From contig CAVNZM010000002.1 in the NCBI GenBank assembly GCA_963693365.1, positions 1,935,759-1,999,758 on the forward strand: a DNA stretch of 64,000 bases. The letters run 5' to 3'. Below, in pieces: positions 53,631 through 64,000 of this stretch (the stretch's first letter is position 1; the number at the start of each line of letters is the position of its first letter). A program made the translations under genes and the position numbers. Source of the stretch: Amoebidium appalachense (Eukaryota > Protista > Ichthyosporea). Below the pieces are notes generated by a model that was not told where the DNA came from, searched no databases, and saw nothing but the letters and a program-made list of their open reading frames with translations.

Positions 53631-54095
53631 CGTTGTGCCCCCCCCTCCCTCCCTCCCCCCCCCCCCCCTCCCTCCTCTCCCCCCCCTCCCCCCCCCCCCC
53701 CTCCCTCCCTCTCCCCCCCCCCCCCCCTTCCTTCTTACCTTTCTAACTTTTTCACAATTTGTACACGAGATACCATTAAGACTGTTGTTCCTTTATGTCT
53801 CGCTCCACTGGAGCAGAGACCGCACAAGTTGTTCATGTTTAAAAATTTCTAAGTCTCACTCCACAGGAGTAGAGACAATTTCACTCTGTTAGACTCCACA
53901 GGAGTCCAGCTTTCACCGAACAAACTAAACAAACCAACAAACAAACAAACAAAACAAAACAAACATCATCACACAAATAAAATACGAAGTCTACATCTCC
54001 CCCCTGCAGAGGCCGGGACTACACCAAAAGAGACATAAACTAAGTATTAATTCTTTTTTTTTTCCTCCGGGAGGGGGGGGGGGGGGGGGGGGGGG

Positions 54096-54609
54096 TCGTG
54101 TGACCCTCGTACTCCAGGGGCACATTCACCATCCCCCCATAAACTGTGTGGTAAAGGTCTCGTGCTAGAAGCTGTTCTGTGGGTAGTTATTGAAAAAACC
54201 AATAATGTCTAGGTAACACATGTACATATACTATGCTACAATTGCAAGGGGGGTTCTATTCGAGCTACAATGTTGTGTTTTTTTCGTGTGACCCTCGTAC
54301 TCCAGGGGCACATTCACCATCCCCCCCATAAACGTTGTGGTAAAGGTCTCGTGCTAGAAGCTGTTCTGTGGGTAGTTATTGAAAAAACCAATAATGCATA
54401 GGTAACACATGTACATATACCATGCTACAAGGGGGGTTCTATTCGAGCTACAATGTTGTGTTTTTTTCGTGTGACCCTCGTACTCCAGGGGCACATTCAC
54501 CATCCCCCCCATAAACTTTGTGGTAAATCTCTCGTGCTAGAGGCTGTTCTGTGGGTAGTTATTGAAAAATCAATAATGTCTAGGTAACATATGTACATAT
54601 ACTATGCTA
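54096..54609 (-). repeat. ~183-bp satellite, ~2.8 monomers, opposite orientation
   Basis: Reverse complement of the 37956-40070 monomer. Confidence 0.96.
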
Positions 54610-57600
54610 TTTTTTTTTTTTTTTTTTTTTTTTTTTATTTTATCACGTTTTGTTCCCGGAGGCCTTTTCAGGCCCTCTAGGGAAACTACCGTCTACCACA
54701 CAGCACCGACAGTACACTAGTTAAGGTGCTATCTATGAGTTCAGCTAAGCTAAACCATCCTTCACAACCTAACTATAAGTACACACTTTGCCCAGGGCTA
54801 CTACCCCAGCCACGCCGGCAGGAGGCTCCAGTCCTCCCCTCCATTCAAAAACCTAGCAATAAACGTTAACCGAGGGCTCTCATTGGTCGATCTACAGTAT
54901 TGGGAAGTCCTAGGTGTTGTGTATAATATTTACGGTGGGTATGGGTGGATGATGGGGTGTGGTGGTGGTGGTGGTGGGGGGTTGCTGCCTAACATTATGT
55001 GTTGGTGTACGTATGTTGTGGCGATGTTTTTGTGGACTAAAAGGTGGGTTTTACAGGGCACACCGGGTCTGTGGGTGTTCCGGCATTCAGAACAGGCCGG
55101 CCGGGTGTGTGTGGGGGGTGTATTTGTTGGTTTTTTGGGTTTTTGGAGAGCCATACTTTTCTTTCTACGGGTGGTGGGTATATGGTGGTGTTTTTGCATT
55201 TTAGGGTGGGTGGGGGGGAGTGTTGTCTTCCGTGGGTGCCAAATTTTTGCAAAGAAAAAGGATTGCAACTCTACTGTGATTTTTCCTAAGATGGCCCGGG
55301 TGGTGGTCTTGGTGGTGCCGGTGGCTGCAAGTAGTGGGCCCACCGATCGTGGGCAGAATCCCCGTTCGACCCACTTGGTGTCTTCGGGGTCAGGTGGGTC
55401 ACCGTTGCCTCCTATCCAGTTTATCCATGCACATTGGTCTACCACCGTGGCTGCCGTATGGTGGTGCTGTGCCGTGGGGGTGTTTGGATGACGAGTGTGC
55501 AGGACGTTGTGGATGCAGGCTGTGATGGCGGTGGTCAGGGTGGGGACTTCCCCGGCATGGGCCGGGCAGGCCCAGAGGTGGGTGGTGGTCTCAGGGTGCT
55601 GGCTGCACCGGGGGCATGTGGGCTGTGTAACGACGGTGGGGTGATCTCGGTGTAGCCGTGCCATGGTAGGCAGGGTGCCCATGGCCAGGGACAGGCTACG
55701 AGTGTTTCCTCTGACTGCCCCGATGGTTGCCTGTGTGGGCCCCTTGTTGAGCTTGAGGGGGTTCCGTTCGGCTGGGAGCAGTCTGGGGTCGGCTAGTATG
55801 GACATAGCCTTGGTCTTGCCGGCCATGTCGGTGAGGAAGTCCTTGTTCAACCGGTTCAGTGTACCGGGAATGTTGCCGGGGATACGGTGGCCTTGTAGTC
55901 GTAGGAAGTATTTCCCCCCCCCCCGGGGCCGGAGGTAGGGGGGGGGGGAGGGGGAGGACTCTTCCTGCATTGGCTGCCTTGTCTGCCTCGTTATTCCGTT
56001 GACCGTACCGTTTGGTGTTGGATTGGTGCCCCTTCACCCACGATACCTGTACAGAGCCTGGTTGCCGGAGAGAGAGTTGGTCTCGTACGTGAGCCCATTC
56101 CACTATGTGGGGGAACTTTAGCTTGCGTCGAGGGGGTGTGGTGGGGTCTATATTTGCCGTCCATCGGTCGACTACTCCGAGGTTATCGAGCTTGATGTGG
56201 ATGGGGGTGGTGGTGGGGGTGAGCAGGAGGGCTAGTAGTACCCCTGTGAGTTCGGCTTGGGTGGATGATAGGGCCGTATGGAGCCTGGTCTTGGCCGTCA
56301 CTGGAGGTGCTTTCCGGTCCGGGGTATCCAGTGCCGCCCCGGCTCCGGCCTGGGCTATCCTCCTGCCCGGGTGGATGAGGCTGCCGTCCGTATAAACGGT
56401 GATCGGTTGGTCTGGGGGGATCAGGGTGATTTGCTGCTGCCACTCGTCATAGGTGGCCTGGGGCACCAAGTCGGTGTAGGTGAGCCTACGGGGAGTGGGT
56501 GGGCTCGGCAGGTCAGCCGGGTGGGCCGTGCACTTGTGTCCTGGTGGTGACCCTACCGGTGGTGGCTGCTGGGGGGGGGTGGGCCGGGGAGGTCCCCCGG
56601 TAAGGGTGTGGCTTCCTCGTTGGCTTGCAGGTGGAGCATCTGGGGTGATGCCTGTTGGTGGGGGGGAAGATGCCGCCGGAAATGGTGTATCTTCCTCCAC
56701 TGCTCGGCCGGATCGGAGCCATCCTTCAGTGCGATGACTTGGTAGATGTCGATACTGTCGGTGTTGATGAAGTCCTTGTGGTACTTCGAGACTACCATGT
56801 GGGTGGTGATTCGGGTCTTGAAGGCCACGTAGGGGTCTGCCCGTATCACCTCCACAGCACGGGTCCACCCCACACACTGCTTGTTGTGGGTGTGATTATC
56901 GGCTGGGGGCTCAGGGGGCTCGTATTTGCTGTTGGTGCTGTCGGTGTTAGAGTCCTCTGAGTCGTCGGAGTCGTCGCTGGGCCCCGTCGACTCCGATTCT
57001 GGCTCCGTGTCTAACCCTTCCCCCTCTCCGTCTGCGTACCCGGGGTTGGGGGAGAGGGTGGCCGGGGTGTAGGCTAGGTTCCATGGGGAGTGGCCGTATT
57101 TGCAGTCACCAGGGCAAAAGCGGAAATGGGCTGTTCCATGTGGGTCGTTCCACGTGGGTCGGTGCCATCTCAGCCCCTCCTCCTCTGTGTTGTCCCGTAG
57201 ATGGGCTATTTTGACCCAAGCCTCCCCGTTGTGGGTGGTGTGGGCCACCACCTGGCTGAGTTCGTATTGCCCGTTCTTGACTATTTCCACCACGAATGCA
57301 CCGACGGGGTGGTTTGGCACGAGGTCAATGGTGTGGTGGGTGTGTGGTCTGGGTGCTGGCCGTAGTTTGTCTGCGATGGGGATGGCCCCCTTGATGATGG
57401 ACCTGTACCACTGTGTAGCTCCCGGGTGTAGTAGGTCTGGGGGGTGGGGCAGTTCGGGGAACGCCCGGAACACCCCCGGCCGTACCATGGTGTCCTCCAC
57501 CGTGTAGAGTTGACGGGGGTGTGTGTGGGGGCCGATGTGGGCCGCAAAGGTGTGGTCCGGGAAAACGGTGTTGATAGGGGTGCTGGTTGTTGTTGCTGCT

Positions 57601-59878
57601 TCCCCTCCTTCTCCTTGGGGGGAGGGGGGGGTGGGGTGGGGGTGCTTGTGTTTTTTGGGGAGGGGTTTCCCCAATACTCAGGTGCCGCTCGTGAAGGATC
57701 CCCGTGATATGGGCCCAATAGTTGTGGAGCTGCTTTCCCCCTAGCCTGTAAAGTTTGGCTGGGGGTGCTTGCAGGGGTGGGTAGGGTAGGCCTGTCGCGT
57801 GTTGCTGCTGCCAGGCTCGGTACCGGACCACGTCCCCTGCTGGTCCTGGTGTTTCCAGCAGGGCACACAGCTCCGTAACCATGGTGCTGGCTGCTGATTC
57901 GACGATGCTGGCCAGTCCCCCTAGAGTGGGATGGTGTAGCAGCCCGGACGGGGTGCTCCGGTGGAAACCACACTTCCGACGGAGTAGGTCTCTCCACTTG
58001 CTGTCGATTGCCTGCATGGTGGTGTTGCTGATGACTGACCCTTTGAGGAGGAAGAGGATGGCCGGGGCCACCACACTGTTGGCTACGTAGATCACTTGGC
58101 TGGGTGCCAGCATTTTACGGGCTAGTATGGTGGTGGCCCGTAATGTCAGCTGCATGGCCTTCCCATCGTTGGGCCGGGTGTGTCGTTGGAGGGTGATGTT
58201 GACCCCTAGCACTCTGATGTTTGCATCGGGGAGCTCGATCTGAATGGGTAGGGGTGGTGCTCCCGGGGATTTGCGGTACTGCATGGGGGCCACTGTTGCC
58301 CGTGTTGGGGTACCACGGGCGAGGACTGAAAACTTGTCTGGGTGTGGTTCCAAGTCATGGTAATAAAAAAAGGGGGCAGATAAATCGAGAGTTTGCTGGA
58401 TGCTCTCCTTGTTGGGGCCAAACCATGTTGTGTCGTCGGCGAAAGCTACAGACGTCACACACGGGGGTGTTTGTGCCGGTGTGTGGTGCTGTGTCTGTGG
58501 GGGTAGGTGGAAAGTGTACCCCTTGCCGTGCCTTTTGATGGCTGTTAAAACTGGATCGTAGAATATAATCCACAGAATGGGGGAGAGGACAGCCCCTTGG
58601 GCCAGGCCGTTTTCAACAGGGAAAGACTCGGTGTGCCCCTGGTCTGTGCACACCGTGGCCGTACGACTGTGCCACATGTGCCGGAGGAGGGTGATTAGCT
58701 GGGGGTCTGTGCCCAGGCGGGTGAGCCCCAGTTCCACCGAGGGCCAAGACACCGTGTCATATGCCCTCTTAATGTCCTGTTGGACGATCCATAGTTCCTG
58801 GTCGTGGTCTATGGCATCCTCTATCGTCTCTCGGATGATAGCCAGCGCCCCGTCGATACCCGGGCCCGGCACGAACCCAAAATTCCCCCCCGGGAGGAGG
58901 GTGGGGTACTGCCGGAAGATCGAGAGTAGGCGCTGGTTGATGACCGATTCTAGCAGCTTCCGTGCCGTTTCCAAGAGTGCTATCGGTCGGGTTTTGTCGA
59001 AGTCACCTTCCCATTCCCCTTTCGGTAAGGGATGGATGGTGTGGTGCAGCCATGACCTCGGTGTGGTCCCCGTGGCCAGACATCCGTTGATGATATGTAG
59101 GAGCCATGCTAGCCCCTTTGGCCCCAGGTGTTGGAAGTATTCGTACTGGATTTCCGTTGGGCCGGGGGCCTTCCCCCCCTGTCGGCTTTGGACGATCTGT
59201 TGGAGCTCGTCGTGGGTGGTCGGGTGCATTATAGACCCTAATGGGGAGTCTTCGGGGGGATCGGTCGATAGATGTCGGCCCACATTGGGTCGGCGAGCAT
59301 CTCCTCGATGTGTGGGTTCCTGCGGGCCGTCCACCGGTGATAAGTTTCACGAATGACGGGCTCCGTGTCAGCCCACTCCGTGAGGTACTCAGTGCCCGTT
59401 GGGGTGACGTGCTTGACTAACGTAGCCGAGACGTTCACACTCCCCCGGTCTAAAATGCTGCTTAGTGCTCGCCGGAGTTCGTCCACCATACGCTTGCACC
59501 GTGCTTCTGCTGCTGCTGTTGCCCGTAACCAAAGGAGTTTTTGCCGTTTCCTTCGGAGTTGGGACCTGTATAGTTGTAGTTGCTCCCGCATGGTTGCCTC
59601 CCACTCCTCCCACTGCCTCCCTGTCTGAGACAGGTGGGCTGCTGGGGGGGTGGGGTGCTGCTGCAGGGTGGGTGACCCGTGCCGCGCCTGCTGGCCAGGG
59701 TTGCACTCTGCTGCTGTGGGCCGTTGCGGCTGCGTGGGTGTGGTCTGTAGCTGTTGGTTGCCCGTGGGTGGCCCTGGCAGGGTCTGCAGGCGGGGTGGCC
59801 CCTGCTTTGGCTGCCGGTGTGGGCTGCCTGCTTGGGCTTCAGCCTGCGGCTGCTGCTGCTGGCTTGGTTGCTGTTAAC
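54610..59878 (-). mobile_element. 5'-truncated non-LTR retrotransposon (LINE) with RT, RNase H and a C-terminal CCHC
   Basis: Poly(A) tail (T-run 54610-54636). RT: KAPGP, RPIALLE, QDIKRAYD, QGAVLSP, FADD. RNase H: YTDGS, AEL, DN, WVKGH, NNEAD. Zn finger CPRCSQHPETTTHLWAC. Frameshifts lie mostly at C/G runs. No endonuclease domain or TSD visible. Confidence 0.92.
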
Positions 59879-59895
59879 ATATACATAACACATAT

Positions 59896-60249
59896 ACATT
59901 CTCCATCCCCCCATAAACTTTGTGGTAAATTTCTCGTGCTAGAAGCTGCTCTGTGGGTAGTTATTGAAAAAACCAATAATGTCTAGGTAACATACTATGT
60001 ACATATACTATGCTACAAGGGGGGTTCTATACGAGCTACAACGTTGTGTTTTTTTCGTGTGACCCTCGTACTCCAGGGGCACATTCACCATCCCCCCCAT
60101 AAACTTTGTGGTAAAGCTCTCGTGCTAGAAGCTGTTCTGTGGGTAGTTATTGAAAAAACGAATAATGTCTAGGTAACACATGTACTTATACTATGCTACA
60201 AGGGGGGTTCTATACGAGCTACAACGTTGTGTTTTTTTCGTGTGACCCT
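59896..60249 (-). repeat. ~183-bp satellite, ~2 monomers
   Basis: Same monomer and orientation as 54096-54609. Confidence 0.96.
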
Positions 60250-60434
60250 TCTGTGTCTGATGTGTGGATGTCTGTGTATGTTGTGTGTGTGTGCATGTCT
60301 GTGTGTGTGTATGTGCTCAGTTGAAAGGGAAGGGGGGGAGAGGGGGGATGCACCGTGTGTGTGCATGTGTGCACGTGTGTGTGTGTGTGCTCTGTGGAGA
60401 GGGAAGGGGAGGGGGGAAATGCACCGTGTGTGTG

Positions 60435-60484
<50 letters not shown>

Positions 60485-60485
<1 letters not shown>

Positions 60486-60602
60486 AGGACTCGACCAGAA
60501 TTAAGATTATCCGAATTTAAGATTGTAGCGCTAGAAATTTTTGAAAACAATAAGATTCTAGCCGGCTGGACCTTCCTGTCTACCTCTAAGATTTTTCGCT
60601 AG

Positions 60603-60636
<34 letters not shown>

Positions 60637-60684
60637 ACCCCCCACCCACCCACCCTCCCCTTGCACACGCACACACACCATCGG

Positions 60685-60730
<46 letters not shown>

Positions 60731-62249
60731 TTAGATCTTGATAGCGGGTAATCATGAAAAGGGCGGGCTTTTGGGCCAATCAGTGGCCCGGCCGCTACCG
60801 GCCGGCTGGCGCCGGGCACTTGCATGCATCAAGGTCTCAGTCAGCACGGTGTGCACACGGTCTGACGGTGCGGCTTAGTATCACCTTTTTATTTCCACCT
60901 CGAACTTTCGTAACATCTTTCCGAGATCTACTCTTTCTTAGTATTTAATGAGCCAGGAAAATGTCCGCCCTAAACGGGGGGAACGGCCATACCAGGCTAG
61001 CTAGTGTTTTTGACTGTATAGGTGAACTGGATAAGGCTGCAAAAAAGATAAAGAATGATTTTTCCGCAAAGATTGATGATGCTGTCGATGATTTAAAGCA
61101 GGAACTAATATCCACAGTTTTAGCAACTGCAACTGTTAGTACGGATGCTACGGTGGCTTCGGCCGACCCCTCGCTACACACACGCACAACCCACACAAAT
61201 ACGCGCACAGACACAGTCACTATGGCCAGCCCAGCCACCGGGCCCCCAGCTGCAGCCAACGAAACACTCTCCAGGCCAAATACCGTCTCTTCCTCCTCCA
61301 CCAAGAAAGTGAGTATTTATCAGATAACAAACACACGCATAAAACAACGGGACCAAAACGGCAAAGTCAAAGGGTACATTCATCTCGAAAGAGGAGCAGA
61401 GGAAGTAGTTAGAATTGAGCGCGTTGAGAAAAGCGCTTATACGTGCATGTATGCGAAACAGGGGTGCACGTTCAAAACAAGCCACGGCCCGGCTATGGCT
61501 TCGCACGAGAAGCGCTGCAAGTGCAAAACGGGCGATGATCGTCTTAAGCGAATGTTTGCGTGTGTCCAGTCTGCGCAGTCGGACAACACCACCAGCCAAG
61601 TAAAGCGCAAGCGCTACGACATTCAGGTGCCCAAGATCATAATTACTAACTATGACGAGGAACTGGCCGCAAAACGGACCACTAAACGTGCCCAGTTGGA
61701 CACGACGGGTGCTGCAATTGTAGAGCCAAGAAAGAAACGAAAATCAGCCACGGGGAAGGTAGCTAAACCGAGGAAGTCAAGGGAGAAAGGGGAAAGTGTT
61801 CCTAGACAAGCAAGAGACAGTGCTTCGGGTCCTGTGAAACCGGTAGACGGACGGAAAGATAACTGCGGGGCTAAGCATCGCGAATCTTACTCCCTTGGTG
61901 AAAGAATGATGGTGGTCGAATCAGTATGGGAAGCCTCGGAGGAATTGGGCGGGGGGGACCAGAGACACCCCCAAGCGGTCAACGTTGTGATGGAACGGAC
62001 AGGGATGGGTCGATCGAATATTGACAGGTGTGTTCTCTCTGCCCCTGGTGGTGTGCTTCGACTTAGGAGTTTCAGGGTGCTAAATGTGTGTGTGTGGGGT
62101 GGGAGGGGGGAAGGAGAGGGGGAGGGGGGAGGGGGGGGGGGGGGGGGGAGTGGGGGGTGGGGGGGGGGGGGGGGGGGGGGGGGGTCAGGCACACGGTTTA
62201 GCTAAATGTGTGTGTGTGGGGTGGGAGGGGGGGAAGGAGAGGGGAGGGG

Positions 62250-62286
<37 letters not shown>

Positions 62287-62392
62287 GATAAATTTAAGAT
62301 TGTGTAGGCTAGGGGAGGCTAGGGGTCCAAAAATTAAGATTCCAGCTGGCTAGACCCAAAATTCACGTAATCTTAAACATGGTCGAGTCCTG
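60485..62392 (+). mobile_element. Tc1/mariner (pogo-like) DNA transposon, internal-deletion derivative
   Basis: TIRs CAGGACTCGACCAnnnTTAAGATTA at both ends, TA on each side (60483-60484, 62393-62394), subterminal TAAGATT motifs. Confidence 0.82.
60961..62027 (+). CDS. N-terminal part of a putative transposase (zinc-finger-like motif plus HTH); no DDE domain
   Basis: CMYAKQGCTFKTSHGPAMASHEKRC, a basic stretch, and RESYSLGERMMVV...TGMGRSNIDR resembling psq/Brinker/CENP-B-type HTH. The ORF runs into the donor-like AG|GTGTGT and then poly-G. Confidence 0.6.
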
Positions 62393-62555
62393 TATGTGTG
62401 TGTGTGTGTGTTGTGTGTTTGTGTGTGTGTGCATGTCTGTGTGCATCGTGTGTGTTGTGTGTGTGTGGGCGTGCATGTCTGTGCATGTGTGCATGTGCTC
62501 GGTGGAGAGGGAAGGGGAAGGGGGGGATTCGTGTCCGTGCATGTGTGCATGAGTG

Positions 62556-62602
<47 letters not shown>

Positions 62603-62678
62603 ATGTATGTGTGTGTGTATGTGCTCAGTTGAGAGGGAAGGTGAGGGGGGGGTGCACCGTGTGTGTGCATGTGTGCAT

Positions 62679-63137
62679 GTTAATGCAAAGTACACACGGG
62701 GGAGTCCGTAGAATTTTTTTCCCGACGGAGGGGGGGGGGGACGTGATCGGGGAATTTCAGTGTTTTCTCCAGTCCCGCATGCAACATACCAGCCTTCGTA
62801 TTCAAAAAACCCAAACACCCTTTCCTTTAGCAAGTAGCTGACTTTCTCACCACCAAACGTAGATGGGGGTGGGGGGGAGTGCCCACGTTCACCCACACAT
62901 TCCCACGGGCATTTGCCGGCCCATCAGGGGGGGTCCAAGAGGGGGGCGGGGGGGGTCATTCTATAGTGTGCATGTGTTGTGGACGGAAAAAACGTGCAAA
63001 AACCCTCAGAATGGACGGATTTCGATGCAGTTTTTTTTTGTTTTCCCAATGGGAAGGTATGTTAATGCAAAGTACACACGGGGGAGTCCGTAGGATTTTT
63101 TCCCGACGGAGGGGGGAACGTGATCGGGGAATTTCAA
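62679..63137 (+). repeat. ~80-bp direct repeat, two copies 382 bp apart
   Basis: GTTAATGCAAAGTACACACGGGGGAGTCCGTAG...GTGATCGGGGAATTTCA at 62679 and 63061. Confidence 0.8.
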
Positions 63138-63213
63138 GACGAAAAATCTAAAATCTCAATATCTGCCAAAACCCTCCGAATGGACGGGGGGGAGGAGGGG
63201 GGGGGGGGGGGGG

Positions 63214-63874
63214 TGTTGTTTTGTACGGGTCTAAGGGAGCAGAGTACACAGAGGTGTCATGTAAAACACGACTAACACATTAATGAGAGGGCAATCGGAG
63301 TTGTTCACGAGACATTGAAAGATTTCAAACAACAACTGATTCTTTATTGTGCTCTCGGTTCCTTTTGTACTTGCGACTTATCACCTTATCACAACTAAAG
63401 AGGGAGAACCAATCGGTTCTATCAGAAGATAGAAAAACACATTCCGACAGAGCATACGCATTCCAACTTCCGATTAAACTAAAGTGTAGAAACTCTTACT
63501 TAAATAAATTAAGTAATTATACATCTAGTCACTATTAACTCACATATATATTTATGTTCGTCTCTATAAAGAAACTTATATAAATACATATATTTCCTAA
63601 TAGTCGACAACACTATCTACAGATGTACTCGCTCGCGACTATTGGCGAGCCATCCTTTTGAGAACAAAACTAAGCCATTTTGAAATAAAGGAAAGACAAC
63701 GAGTGTAGCTAGCCAATCACGCTACCTCTCAGATAAACAGAGGAGAGCAAACAGAAATAAAATACAATAAGTTCTTATCAGGCAAGAGAGCCAGGTGTGC
63801 ACAGATCTACAGATATCTGTGCCCACAGAAACAAGGGAGAGAGAGATACGGGGGGGGGGGGGGGGGGGGGGGGG

Positions 63875-63914
<40 letters not shown>

Positions 63915-64000
63915 ACAAAGAAGGAAAGCAGACACGAATACAAACAAGCTAGGACACATACATACTTCAAGGCTCTTGCTGTCATAGCACACAACGACGG
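63214..64000 (-). mobile_element. Deleted 3' LTR of a further copia-A copy running off the window
   Basis: Reverse complement of LTR A with an internal ~95-bp deletion. At 63987 it joins A 3'-UTR sequence (A1 7143-7156), so the PPT and LTR start are lost. Confidence 0.9.

Overview
This is a repeat-dense eukaryotic window (GT-AG introns, poly-C/G tracts, CA/GA microsatellites); I cannot assign the taxon. (1) Positions ~15-28409 form a giant inverted duplication (arms 15-14720 and 15851-28409, 1.13-kb spacer). Each arm carries a two-exon AADAC/HSL-family esterase gene with a different +1 frameshift. Each arm also has its own private retroelement: a full-length Ty1/copia element (family A) on the left and a Ngaro-type tyrosine-recombinase (YR) retrotransposon on the right. 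(2) Positions 28756-54095 are a nest of copia elements from families A and B. Matching target-site duplications (TSDs) and satellite phase indicate a ~16-kb inversion (37956-54095). (3) A ~183-bp satellite with higher-order structure is split by that inversion and by a 5'-truncated RNase H-bearing LINE. (4) There is a second Ngaro copy, a TA-flanked Tc1/mariner-pogo-like deletion derivative and a terminal copia-A LTR. The most novel inference concerns the Ngaro element. One splice donor in gag is in phase with two CTAAC/poly-C acceptors, which would yield Gag, Gag(1-133)-RT/RNaseH and Gag(1-133)-YR from one promoter. All calls come from reading the sequence by eye; no searches were run.
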